From: an uncultured Leucothrix sp. | Lineage (GTDB): Bacteria > Pseudomonadota > Gammaproteobacteria > Thiotrichales > Thiotrichaceae | Assembly: GCA_937923375.1 (NCBI GenBank) | Contig: CALAJG010000197.1 | Coordinates: 1-63,052, forward strand | Direction: 5' to 3' | Length of the DNA stretch: 63,052 nucleotides | Shown: positions 35,967 to 44,302 of the stretch, one piece after another | How the letters are laid out: every line of letters begins with the position of its first letter | How positions within the stretch are numbered: the first letter of the stretch is position 1 | Translations under genes and position numbers: made by a program | The notes under the pieces: model-generated | The model's database searches: none | What the model was told of the DNA's origin: nothing | What the model saw: only the letters and a program-made list of their open reading frames with translations

Positions 35967-37558
35967 CGCGCCTGAACAGTCCAGTTCATATCTTCACCCG
36001 AAAGCTCAAGTGACCGTTCATCTTTATTGCAAAATGATGTATTGGCCTTAGATGGATTAAGAAATAATTGCACCTCATCATTTGCACACAGAGAAGCAGT
36101 CAGTACCGAGTGCCCAACATTTGGATATTCAAGGTACCGACTATTCGGCAATAACGCAGACAAGTGTTTTCCCCAGCCTGGCGGCGTAATGGAGTCAAGG
36201 CCGCCGCTTAAGATTAATGTGGGCTTATCAGTGCTTACTGACTTGCGATAGTGCTCACTTGGCTGCTCGGCATTAGCTAACCAACGATCGCAGGTGAGTG
36301 GATTAAAAACACTCTTTGCTGACCAATCTAACATTGGATACGCTTCGGTGAAGGGTCGCAGACGTTGCAGTAACGAATCCATCTCAAAGCGACCATTTTC
36401 CTTGCATTCAGTAATTAGAAAAACCGGCTCGCTAAACTGCACAAACAGCTCTATATCCAAGTAGTTACGGGCTAACTTTAGTAGAGACTTGTCGTTTCCA
36501 TTCCCGTCTAACACCGCTGTAATAGCTGCCGGCACCTCTGAAAACAATCTGGAATCATAGCTCGCGTAGTCGAGTAATAAGACCAGCCGATGAGCATTTA
36601 ACAAAATTACTTCTTTAGGCTGCTTTGAGTCCTCACGACTCACCATCAGCTTCAAAGGTGATGCAACAAGTTGCTGTAAAGCCAGCTTGAATTGCTCTGA
36701 CAAATCGGGAAAACGCCCATCACAAAACCTATCTTCTTCACAGGTGTTGAGTAATTTTTTGATACCCTTGAAACCATTCTCTACCATCGTCTCAAAGCCA
36801 TCGAACTCAGGGGGATAAACGGAATCCAACACCATTGAATGCACAGTATCCGGAAACTGTTTTACTACATTCAAGGCCAATCGGGTACCGTAGGAAACCC
36901 CCATTAAAATCCACTGCCGCACACCAAGCAATTCATGAAGATCAGCAATATCATCTGTACTATGACTAGTGCTTATAACGCCCATATGGTGTTTTAAAGA
37001 GGGGTCTTCTGCCAACTGATGGTGGCACTCATCCATTTGCTGAGTAAAATGTAATGAATCTTCTGCTGAAGTAAGCGGGGTGCTTAGACTTTCTAAACGC
37101 GTTTTATATCCGTCAGTACAGTCTAAAAACGGCTGACTCAACCCCGTCCCTCGTTGGTCATAAAGTACAAAATCCACACCCCAATCCTGAACTTGAAAGT
37201 TCTTAAGCCAATAGGGCATTGTCTCTGCGTCTATATAGGCAGCGCCACCTGGCCCACCAGCGATATGCAGCATCGGTGTTTCTGAGTTTTTCCAGCGTGA
37301 GTTCCTGAGTACTACAACGGGGAGTTTGAAGTATGCCTCAGCGTTGGCCATATGCCGGGTAGTCATATATCCACACTCGGTTCTCACGGCAGTCTTATTA
37401 GCAAACCAACATTTGGCTGGTTCAAACGAAGCGCCATTAGACAAGCTAATTGCTTGTAGCGAGAGCGAGTTCCAATAAATAACACCTGAGGCAAACGCTA
37501 TGGCCAATAAACTGCCTAACGTTAGCAGCGTGCGGAAATGTCTCATTTTAACGCTCAC
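35963..37558 (-). CDS. Exported alpha/beta hydrolase (TAP-like)
   Basis: GGPGG, DQRGTG, GVSYGT nucleophile, DSITP, GHSV; N-terminal hydrophobic segment; alternative start at 37546. Confidence 0.88.
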   Translation of the reverse strand: MSVKMRHFRTLLTLGSLLAIAFASGVIYWNSLSLQAISLSNGASFEPAKCWFANKTAVRTECGYMTTRHMANAEAYFKLPVVVLRNSRWKNSETPMLHIAGGPGGAAYIDAETMPYWLKNFQVQDWGVDFVLYDQRGTGLSQPFLDCTDGYKTRLESLSTPLTSAEDSLHFTQQMDECHHQLAEDPSLKHHMGVISTSHSTDDIADLHELLGVRQWILMGVSYGTRLALNVVKQFPDTVHSMVLDSVYPPEFDGFETMVENGFKGIKKLLNTCEEDRFCDGRFPDLSEQFKLALQQLVASPLKLMVSREDSKQPKEVILLNAHRLVLLLDYASYDSRLFSEVPAAITAVLDGNGNDKSLLKLARNYLDIELFVQFSEPVFLITECKENGRFEMDSLLQRLRPFTEAYPMLDWSAKSVFNPLTCDRWLANAEQPSEHYRKSVSTDKPTLILSGGLDSITPPGWGKHLSALLPNSRYLEYPNVGHSVLTASLCANDEVQLFLNPSKANTSFCNKDERSLELSGEDMNWTVQAR

Positions 37559-37559
37559 A

Positions 37560-39035
37560 TCATAAGAATGAGATAATGGTTTTTTCTATATCCTCCTTAT
37601 TAATCAATGTTTTATGTATGATGGGCTTTTTGAAGAGCGCTTCTATTTGCTCAGGTATATCAATTTCCGCCTTAGCCGATATATTTTTAAGCGCCTGCAA
37701 ATCTCCATCGCCGCCATCTGCACCAATAGCTTCAGCAGTTGTCATAGAAAACTTTGTCCATTCAGCGGTTGAAGTAATCACTGTTTTAAGTGGCTTGCTA
37801 CGGCAGCTATCATAAACTTTAATGCAGGTCGCTGTATGAGGATCCATTAAGTACCCTTGTTCAAAACAGTTTCGAACGTAACGGGTTGTCTCTTCATCAT
37901 CACACTCGTCCGCAGCAAAAAACTCTCGCAGCTGCTGGTGCTCCGACTCCGTTAATTCATAGAAACGTTCTTCATCCAACTGCTGCATCATTTCCCGAGT
38001 ACGTTTAGCCCCGTAAAGATCAAATAAGACACGTTCTACATTTGACGCTTTTAGAATATCCATTGCAGGAGAAAGCGTGGCTACAACTTCAGTATCTCTG
38101 AAATCATATCGACCGTGATTAATCAGCTGAGCTAACACATTGTTTTTATTGGTTGAAATTAAGATTTTCTCTACTGGAAGGCCCATTTTAAGCGCATAAT
38201 ATCCACCTAAGGCGTTGCCGAAGTTGCCACTAGGTACAGCTAAATAGATCCGAGTGCCCATTGTAATTTCTGCCTGCCTAACCATCTCTAGATAGGCGTG
38301 GATGTGATAGATTATCTGAAAAATAATACGTCCAAAATTAACCGAGTTAGCCGCAGATAGATGTATTTTCTTGGCTTTCAATGTTTCTTTAAATTGTTGA
38401 GACCCTAAAAGTTGTTTCAGCGCAATTTGCGCATCATCAAACACGCCTTTAATTCCGATCACCTTCAGGTTATCAGCATCTTCAGTAATCATTTGTAAGC
38501 GTTGTACATCTGAGGTTCCACCTTCCGGAAACATACACGCTACTCTAACGCGCTCTTTATTTTTAAATGTCTCTAAAGCGGCAGGGCCAGTATCGCCACT
38601 GGTGGCGGCTAGTATCAAATAATCTTCATCACGCTGTCTAGCCAGAGCTGAGAGCAACACACCAAAGGGTTGTAATGCCATATCTTTAAAAGCGCGCGTC
38701 GGACCACGGTACAGTTCGCTAACAAACAAATCATCACTAATCTTTGCCAGTGGCACCGGGTTATTGGCATCATCAAACTCGTCATAAAGGCTCAAAGCTT
38801 CATCAATCACCGACTCATCTAAGTCAATTTCGAATGCCCCAAGTACAGCCTTTGCGAGTTGTTTGTATGGTGAATCCCGGTGCTTGTTGAGAAATTCAAG
38901 TCCCAAGTCTGGCAAATGCTCAGGAACGTAAATACCGCCATAGGATGCAATTGGCCCCAAAATAGCACCTGAAAACTCAACCTTCAGCGGATGATGTGGC
39001 TGTGAGTCATTTCCCCGAGTTTCAATAAATTTCAT
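37560..39035 (-). CDS. thrC: Threonine synthase
   Basis: GPTRAFKD (PLP lysine), ATSGDTG, ANSVNFGR, VPSGNFGN, DPHTA; follows hom. Confidence 0.95.
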   Translation of the reverse strand: MKFIETRGNDSQPHHPLKVEFSGAILGPIASYGGIYVPEHLPDLGLEFLNKHRDSPYKQLAKAVLGAFEIDLDESVIDEALSLYDEFDDANNPVPLAKISDDLFVSELYRGPTRAFKDMALQPFGVLLSALARQRDEDYLILAATSGDTGPAALETFKNKERVRVACMFPEGGTSDVQRLQMITEDADNLKVIGIKGVFDDAQIALKQLLGSQQFKETLKAKKIHLSAANSVNFGRIIFQIIYHIHAYLEMVRQAEITMGTRIYLAVPSGNFGNALGGYYALKMGLPVEKILISTNKNNVLAQLINHGRYDFRDTEVVATLSPAMDILKASNVERVLFDLYGAKRTREMMQQLDEERFYELTESEHQQLREFFAADECDDEETTRYVRNCFEQGYLMDPHTATCIKVYDSCRSKPLKTVITSTAEWTKFSMTTAEAIGADGGDGDLQALKNISAKAEIDIPEQIEALFKKPIIHKTLINKEDIEKTIISFL

Positions 39036-39083
39036 GTTTGTCCTGAATATCGCTTAAAACAATTTTTATAATTATGGATTTTA

Positions 39084-40409
39084 TTAGCTCAAACTTTCAA
39101 CACGTATCCGTGTAATTCCGCTAGTTACTACCTCTAACGCTTCTATTTCAGCAATGGCCAGATTCATTTCACCCTCATTAACAACTTTGGTCAATAAAAT
39201 AATTGTCGCTGTTTCTGAGGCCTTTTCACCAGTTTTGGTTGCCGACTGTTTTTGTATGAATGCTTCGATACTAATATTGCCATCCCCTAAAATTTGCGTG
39301 ATCGTAGCAAGTACGCCGGGCTGGTCTGATGCAGTCAGGCGTAGATAGTTAGAAGTTTGAATAGATTCCATTGGCAGAATCGGCGTATCAGACAAGGCAT
39401 CTGCCTGAAATGCTAAATGAGGTACTCGATTACCAGGGTCAGACGTCAAGGCACGAGTGATATCTACCAGATCCGCAACCACAGCGGAGGCAGTCGGCTC
39501 GCCTCCAGCTCCCGCACCGTAATGTAATGTTGGACCAACGGCATCACCCTGTACCAAAATAGCATTCATCACCCCATCGACATTAGCAATCAAGCGTTTT
39601 TTAGGGATAAGGGTTGGATGGACGCGTTGCTCTATACCTTGTTCAGTTCGACGTGCAATCCCTAGATGTTTAATGTTATAACCAAGCTCAGAGGCATAAT
39701 CGACATCTTCCTTAGCAATCTTCGAAATGCCTTCAAGATAGGTTTTATCAAACTGTAACGGAATTCCAAAAGCAATCGATGAAAGAATTGCCAACTTATG
39801 TCCAGCGTCTACTCCTTCAACATCAAAGGTAGGATCTGCTTCTGCATAACCTAACTGCTGTGCCTCTTTTAAGACATCCGCAAAGTCTCTCCCTTTGTCG
39901 CGCATCTCCGTCAAAATGAAGTTGCCCGTCCCATTGATAATGCCAGCAAGCCAGTTTATTTTATTTGCAGATAAACCTTCCCGCAAAGCTTTGATAATCG
40001 GGATGCCACCAGCAACAGCAGACTCGAAAGCAACCAAGACACCCATTTCCTGAGCCTGTGCAAAAATTTCGTTCCCGTGTACGGCGATCAGTGCCTTATT
40101 AGCCGTCACCACATGTTTACCGTTTGCCAGCGCCTGCAGCACTAAACGCTTAGCTGGCTCATCACCACCGTAAAGCTCAACTACAATTTCAATATCAGGA
40201 TCATTAAGAACGTCAAAAGGGTCGGTTGTGATGCGGCTATTGCTTAAACCCAGTCCTTGCGGCAGCTCAGACTTAGAAGTTGCCACATAGTCAATGACAA
40301 TTTCCCGACCGGCTCTTCGTGCAATTTCTTCAGCATTACGCTTTAAAACAGTAGCAGTACCACTTCCAACAGTGCCTAAACCTAGTAAGCCAACCTTTAC
40401 GGGTGCCAT
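39084..40409 (-). CDS. hom: Homoserine dehydrogenase with C-terminal ACT domain
   Basis: GLGTVG, VVTANKAL, AVAGGIPII, GYAEADPTFDVEG; start at MAPVKVG. Confidence 0.97.
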   Translation of the reverse strand: MAPVKVGLLGLGTVGSGTATVLKRNAEEIARRAGREIVIDYVATSKSELPQGLGLSNSRITTDPFDVLNDPDIEIVVELYGGDEPAKRLVLQALANGKHVVTANKALIAVHGNEIFAQAQEMGVLVAFESAVAGGIPIIKALREGLSANKINWLAGIINGTGNFILTEMRDKGRDFADVLKEAQQLGYAEADPTFDVEGVDAGHKLAILSSIAFGIPLQFDKTYLEGISKIAKEDVDYASELGYNIKHLGIARRTEQGIEQRVHPTLIPKKRLIANVDGVMNAILVQGDAVGPTLHYGAGAGGEPTASAVVADLVDITRALTSDPGNRVPHLAFQADALSDTPILPMESIQTSNYLRLTASDQPGVLATITQILGDGNISIEAFIQKQSATKTGEKASETATIILLTKVVNEGEMNLAIAEIEALEVVTSGITRIRVESLS

Positions 40410-40549
40410 GATGTTCCTTATCTCAACAATTTCCGGGTAAGTAGCAATCTCAAGCATAAATTCAAAGTAAGATTGCACTCAAAAAAATTGCGTCAAGTAT
40501 AAAGTATGACTATCCCATTGGCTATGTCTGCTTCGCTAACGCGCCGAAC

Positions 40550-41479
40550 TTAAGAGCTCTGCATTAGCAACTCTTTTGAAGCGCCATCCATCTCTAAGAT
40601 ACGACGCAAGCGCTTTAGTGCATCCAACTGAATTTGGCGTACCCTTTCGCGAGTAATATGCAAGTCTTTACCCACTTGCTCTAAGGTGGAATTATCATGA
40701 CCATTCAGGCCAAAGCGTCTAACGATAACCTCTTGTTGCTTATCGTCAAGCTGGCTTAACCAAGTGTCAACAGCACTTGCGACATCATTATTCATGGTGA
40801 TCTCATCAGGTCCTTTAACCGTTTTCAAAGAAACCAGATCCATGACTTGCGTGTCAGAATCACCAATCTGAAAATCCAGAGAAGTGGTGTAATTGGTATG
40901 TCTCAGCAAATGTTGGATTTCATTTTCACTTTTCCCCATCTCATCTGCGAGCTGCTGCAGACTAGGCTTGGCGCCTAATTTTTGTGCTAGTTTTGCGCGT
41001 GTGCGCAAGCAACCATTCAATGCCTTGTTAATGTGAATAGGCAAGCGAATGGTTCTGGCCTGATTCATTAATCCACGTTCAATACTTTGGCGAATCCACC
41101 AGGTTGCATAGGTTGAAAAGCGAAAACCGCGCTCAGGATCAAACTTTTCTACAGCATGAATTAAACCCAAATTCCCTTCTTCTATGAGATCAGACAAGCT
41201 TAGCCCCCGATTCAGATATCGGCGAGAGATTTTTACAACCAACCTAAGGTTTGAGGTAATCATCTTATTTCTTGCAAGTTTGTTACCTTGCTTCACCAAC
41301 CGACCATAATGAAGTTCTTCTTTAGCATTCAATAAAGGATTTGATTCAATATCTTTCAGGTAAAGCTGCACTGTATCGAACTGCCGATTACTGGTACTGC
41401 TAACAAGATGCTTGCTTCCGACCCTGGAAACATTGGATCTATCAGATGGGGTATTTCCATTTACTCCGGACATAATCAC
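40550..41479 (-). CDS. rpoS: Group-2 sigma factor, RpoS-like
   Basis: NLRLVVKI..RY.NRGL, DLIEEGNLGLI.AVEKFDPERGFRFSTYATWWIRQSIER..MNQ.RTIRLPIH, TRERVRQIQ; no region 1.1. Confidence 0.88.
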   Translation of the reverse strand: MIMSGVNGNTPSDRSNVSRVGSKHLVSSTSNRQFDTVQLYLKDIESNPLLNAKEELHYGRLVKQGNKLARNKMITSNLRLVVKISRRYLNRGLSLSDLIEEGNLGLIHAVEKFDPERGFRFSTYATWWIRQSIERGLMNQARTIRLPIHINKALNGCLRTRAKLAQKLGAKPSLQQLADEMGKSENEIQHLLRHTNYTTSLDFQIGDSDTQVMDLVSLKTVKGPDEITMNNDVASAVDTWLSQLDDKQQEVIVRRFGLNGHDNSTLEQVGKDLHITRERVRQIQLDALKRLRRILEMDGASKELLMQSS

Positions 41480-41747
41480 TCTCTCTCAACTTTTGGGGGT
41501 TATTTTAAGCTTTATAGCTCAATTTTTTTCTCATTATTAATTTATTATGGCCGAACAGTAACATAAAAGTTCAATATTGCCCCTACCCAGTTCTAGTCAT
41601 GATGAACCAGTACAATTTTCGGATAAGCGGTAAAAACGACTGATTTTAAATAGAGCAAGCAGTGCTCGAGAGCTTGCGAAGACTTTGTATTGCAATAATT
41701 ACTGTGTATTATTATTACTTTGTTAACTTTAGTAACAGGCATGAACT

Positions 41748-42623
41748 ATGCGTTGGAAGGGTCGGGCACAAAGCACAAATATTGAAGATCGTCGCCGCAG
41801 TGTTGGCGGCAACAGAAGCAGAAGACCGTCAAGTGGAGGCATGAAGATTGGCGGCATCGGGTTTTTCGTGATGCTATTAATCTTCTTGTTTACAGGTCAG
41901 GGACAGAATTTTATGGACATGATGGGCAGCGGCTCTCAGACAGATTCTGGAACAACCAGTAGTAATCAAGGTAACCTATCGCCTAGTTCTGATAATGCCG
42001 GTGAATTTGTTAAGGTGATCGTTAAAGATACCGAAAACGTTTGGAATCCAATCTTTAAAAGCGTTGGTGCACGCTATGAGGAACCAAAAGTTGTGCTATT
42101 TGAAGATCACGTTAGTTCAGCATGTGGAATGACCTCTTCTGCAACCGGTCCATTTTATTGCCCTGGGGATAAAAAAGTGTATCTCGATCTTGGTTTCTTT
42201 AGTCAACTGAGAGAAATGGGAGTCGCTGGCGACTTCGCACAAGCCTACGTGATTGCCCATGAGGTAGGACATCACGTACAAAAGATTCAGGGAATCTCGG
42301 ACGAAGTCGTAAAAATGCAACGCCGAACCAATAAAGTACAAGCTAATAAGCTCTCCGTATTGCTCGAGCTGCAAGCCGATTGTTACGCAGGCATTTGGGC
42401 CAGAGAACAAGCAAAATATAAACTGCTGGAAGATGGTGATTTAGAGGAAGCAATTAATGCCGCTGCGAGCATTGGTGATGACCGCATGCAAAGGCGCGCT
42501 GGCCAATATGTAAACCCTGACGGTTTTACTCACGGTTCTTCCGCTCAACGAGTTGAGTGGCTAAAACGAGGGATGTTGAGTGGTAAACCGGGTGACTGTG
42601 ACACTTTTGCAGGTCTTCGCTGA
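41748..42623 (+). CDS. YpfJ-like neutral zinc metallopeptidase
   Basis: S.NIEDRR, GPFYCPGD, AYVIAHEVGHHVQ, ELQADCYAG, FTHGSSAQR. Confidence 0.92.
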   Translation: MRWKGRAQSTNIEDRRRSVGGNRSRRPSSGGMKIGGIGFFVMLLIFLFTGQGQNFMDMMGSGSQTDSGTTSSNQGNLSPSSDNAGEFVKVIVKDTENVWNPIFKSVGARYEEPKVVLFEDHVSSACGMTSSATGPFYCPGDKKVYLDLGFFSQLREMGVAGDFAQAYVIAHEVGHHVQKIQGISDEVVKMQRRTNKVQANKLSVLLELQADCYAGIWAREQAKYKLLEDGDLEEAINAAASIGDDRMQRRAGQYVNPDGFTHGSSAQRVEWLKRGMLSGKPGDCDTFAGLR

Positions 42624-42667
42624 GTTGTCTGGCCTAAAATTTTGGTTATTTAGCTTAATATCTAGAT

Positions 42668-42706
42668 GAAAATCGTTCAGCTAGCTACTGCCACTGAACG
42701 ATTTTC
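42668..42706. repeat. Perfect 13-bp inverted repeat
   Basis: GAAAATCGTTCAG-13 nt-CTGAACGATTTTC downstream of the peptidase gene. Confidence 0.8.
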
Positions 42707-42839
42707 GAACAAAAAACATAAATCGAACAGTTCTGAATAAATATTAACGAAACCCATAAGCTATTGTTTTAAATAATATTTTTATAATTAAATTTTATTA
42801 AAACTCGAATGTTAGAGATTACTTAATAACGTTCAGGTT

Positions 42840-43177
42840 GGATTAAGCCAATTTCACTTAATCTGATTACGTCTTCAAGGTGAGCTGCTTTTCTCGGGGT
42901 TTGTGGTAGTAGCTCTACTTGTTTACGGATTTGATATTAAAAATAAATACTACGCTGTTAATGACACTCAACAGCATATCACAAATCGTAGGCACGTTGA
43001 TGACATTCAAGCTAATGCTCTTAATCGACAATGATTGGGGAGTCGGTTTGCTGGTAGCAAGAACTTGAAAAGGTAGTCAGGAATTTACGGGGGTATAGTT
43101 CTGACACTCAGATCTTAACGGATTTGTTATGCGCCTTACTTTTTAAAGGCGAGCTTTCTTTAAAGCTCGCCTTTTTT
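42840..43177 (+). ncRNA. Candidate ~340-nt structured non-coding RNA of unknown family
   Basis: Long-range stem 42863-42879/43064-43080 encloses several hairpins; G-U pairs favour the + strand; GACA recurs in loops; ends in a strong terminator. 5' end uncertain. Confidence 0.6.
43145..43177 (+). terminator. Intrinsic terminator
   Basis: AAAGGCGAGCTTT-CTTT-AAAGCTCGCCTTTTTT. Confidence 0.92.
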
Positions 43178-43285
43178 ATTGGCTTTTATCGACAATTTCA
43201 AAAAATTCAATGATTTGAACCAGATTGACTTGATTAGCACTTACTTAGGGCATATATATAGATTTGATAATTTAAGGATTTTCTT

Positions 43286-43378
43286 ATGCCAAAAGCCATG
43301 CAAAGAGCAATCGGATTTTTTTTGCTATCGGCCACCGTTGGACTCGTATCATTTCAAGCATTTCTTCATGTGCTTTAA
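43286..43378 (+). CDS. Unannotated 30-aa single-TM small protein
   Basis: AAGGA 7 nt before the ATG; MPKAMQRAIGFFLLSATVGLVSFQAFLHVL*; stop codon overlaps the TAAGGAG SD of the next gene. Confidence 0.65.
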   Translation: MPKAMQRAIGFFLLSATVGLVSFQAFLHVL

Positions 43379-43388
43379 GGAGACATGA

Positions 43389-44246
43389 ATGTCGAAAGCA
43401 AAACGTTATTCTCCAAACTCTTCAGATTCCAATGATTTTAAAGTTGGTCTAAAGGGTATTCTGTTATTCATAATGCCTATACCTGTACTAGTAGCAGCGG
43501 TAATTTCATTAGTCGGTGGAAACTTTTGGTCGACCGTTGTTAATAGTGCGTCTTTTGCTGGATTCATGCTGGCAGCGGTGATCGCAAGACACGGCTTTAA
43601 GGTTGAACAACTCTATCATTCTAAAAAGCTTGCAATGGCGCCGACCACTCCATTTAAAACGGTGTCGGCCTTGATTTTATCGATTACTACCGGATTAACG
43701 GCTTATCTCGCTACTTCTAACTACGGTATTTTCAGTAGTATCCTTATCGGTGGTGCCACTTTATTGGCATATTATCTTTGGTACGGACTGGATCCACGTC
43801 GTGATAAAACCGGAAATATTGGTTTAGGCGTAACAGCCGAAGAAGTCTTTGAAGCGTTGGAAGCAGCAAATATTAAAATTGATGCTATCGAAAAAGCGCG
43901 TACTGATATCAGTAATGTTCAATTTGACCAGCACTTGGATAGGATCATTTCAAAGGCACGCAATATCATCACGCTTATTGAAAATGATCCGAGTGACCTA
44001 CCCCGCGCCAGAAAATTTTTGAAGGTCTATCTTGACGGTACCCGCCGTGTTACCGAAAGCTACGCCAAAACACATCGCAATGAAGCGACGACAGTTGAGC
44101 TGGATAGTAATTTTTCAAATGTCTTAAACTCCATAGAAAGCACCTTTGATGAACAACATGAAAAACTCAAAAAGCAAGATCAGTTCGATCTGGATGTAAA
44201 TATAGAAGTACTTGAAACCCAGCTAAAGCGCGAAGGCATAATTTAA
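43389..44246 (+). CDS. XpaC-like (5-bromo-4-chloroindolyl phosphate hydrolysis family) membrane protein
   Basis: Four N-terminal TM segments, YGLDP, DPSDLPRARKFLKVYLDG, DLDVNIEVL..QLKREG; precedes a telA homolog. Confidence 0.85.
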   Translation: MSKAKRYSPNSSDSNDFKVGLKGILLFIMPIPVLVAAVISLVGGNFWSTVVNSASFAGFMLAAVIARHGFKVEQLYHSKKLAMAPTTPFKTVSALILSITTGLTAYLATSNYGIFSSILIGGATLLAYYLWYGLDPRRDKTGNIGLGVTAEEVFEALEAANIKIDAIEKARTDISNVQFDQHLDRIISKARNIITLIENDPSDLPRARKFLKVYLDGTRRVTESYAKTHRNEATTVELDSNFSNVLNSIESTFDEQHEKLKKQDQFDLDVNIEVLETQLKREGII

Positions 44247-44302
44247 TCCGGCACAATAATAATTTTATTGCCCTACACAACATATGAATTTAAGGAATCG
44301 AC

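Noticed and set aside
37560-40409. Absence of thrB from hom-thrC
   Set aside because: Common arrangement in non-enteric gammaproteobacteria.
41662-41844. 60-aa ORF overlapping the peptidase start
   Set aside because: Runs through AT-rich promoter sequence and overlaps a clear gene in another frame.
42961-43068. 35-aa ORF MTLNSISQIVGTLMTFKLMLLIDNDWGVGLLVART inside the RNA candidate
   Set aside because: No SD and embedded in predicted stems; kept only as an alternative explanation.
42925-43126. Spot 42 similarity (CGGATTTG occurs twice)
   Set aside because: Only an 8-nt match; the Spot 42 5' sequence, size and polA context are absent.
42840-43177. Assigning the RNA candidate to CsrB/RsmZ
   Set aside because: Only about five GGA trinucleotides, mostly within predicted stems rather than loops, and no TGTAAG-N6-CTTACA GacA box upstream; not fully excluded.
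43179-43388. 69-aa ORF from the track
   Set aside because: TTG start directly after a terminator with no SD; the overlapping 30-aa ORF has a proper SD and a coherent TM character.
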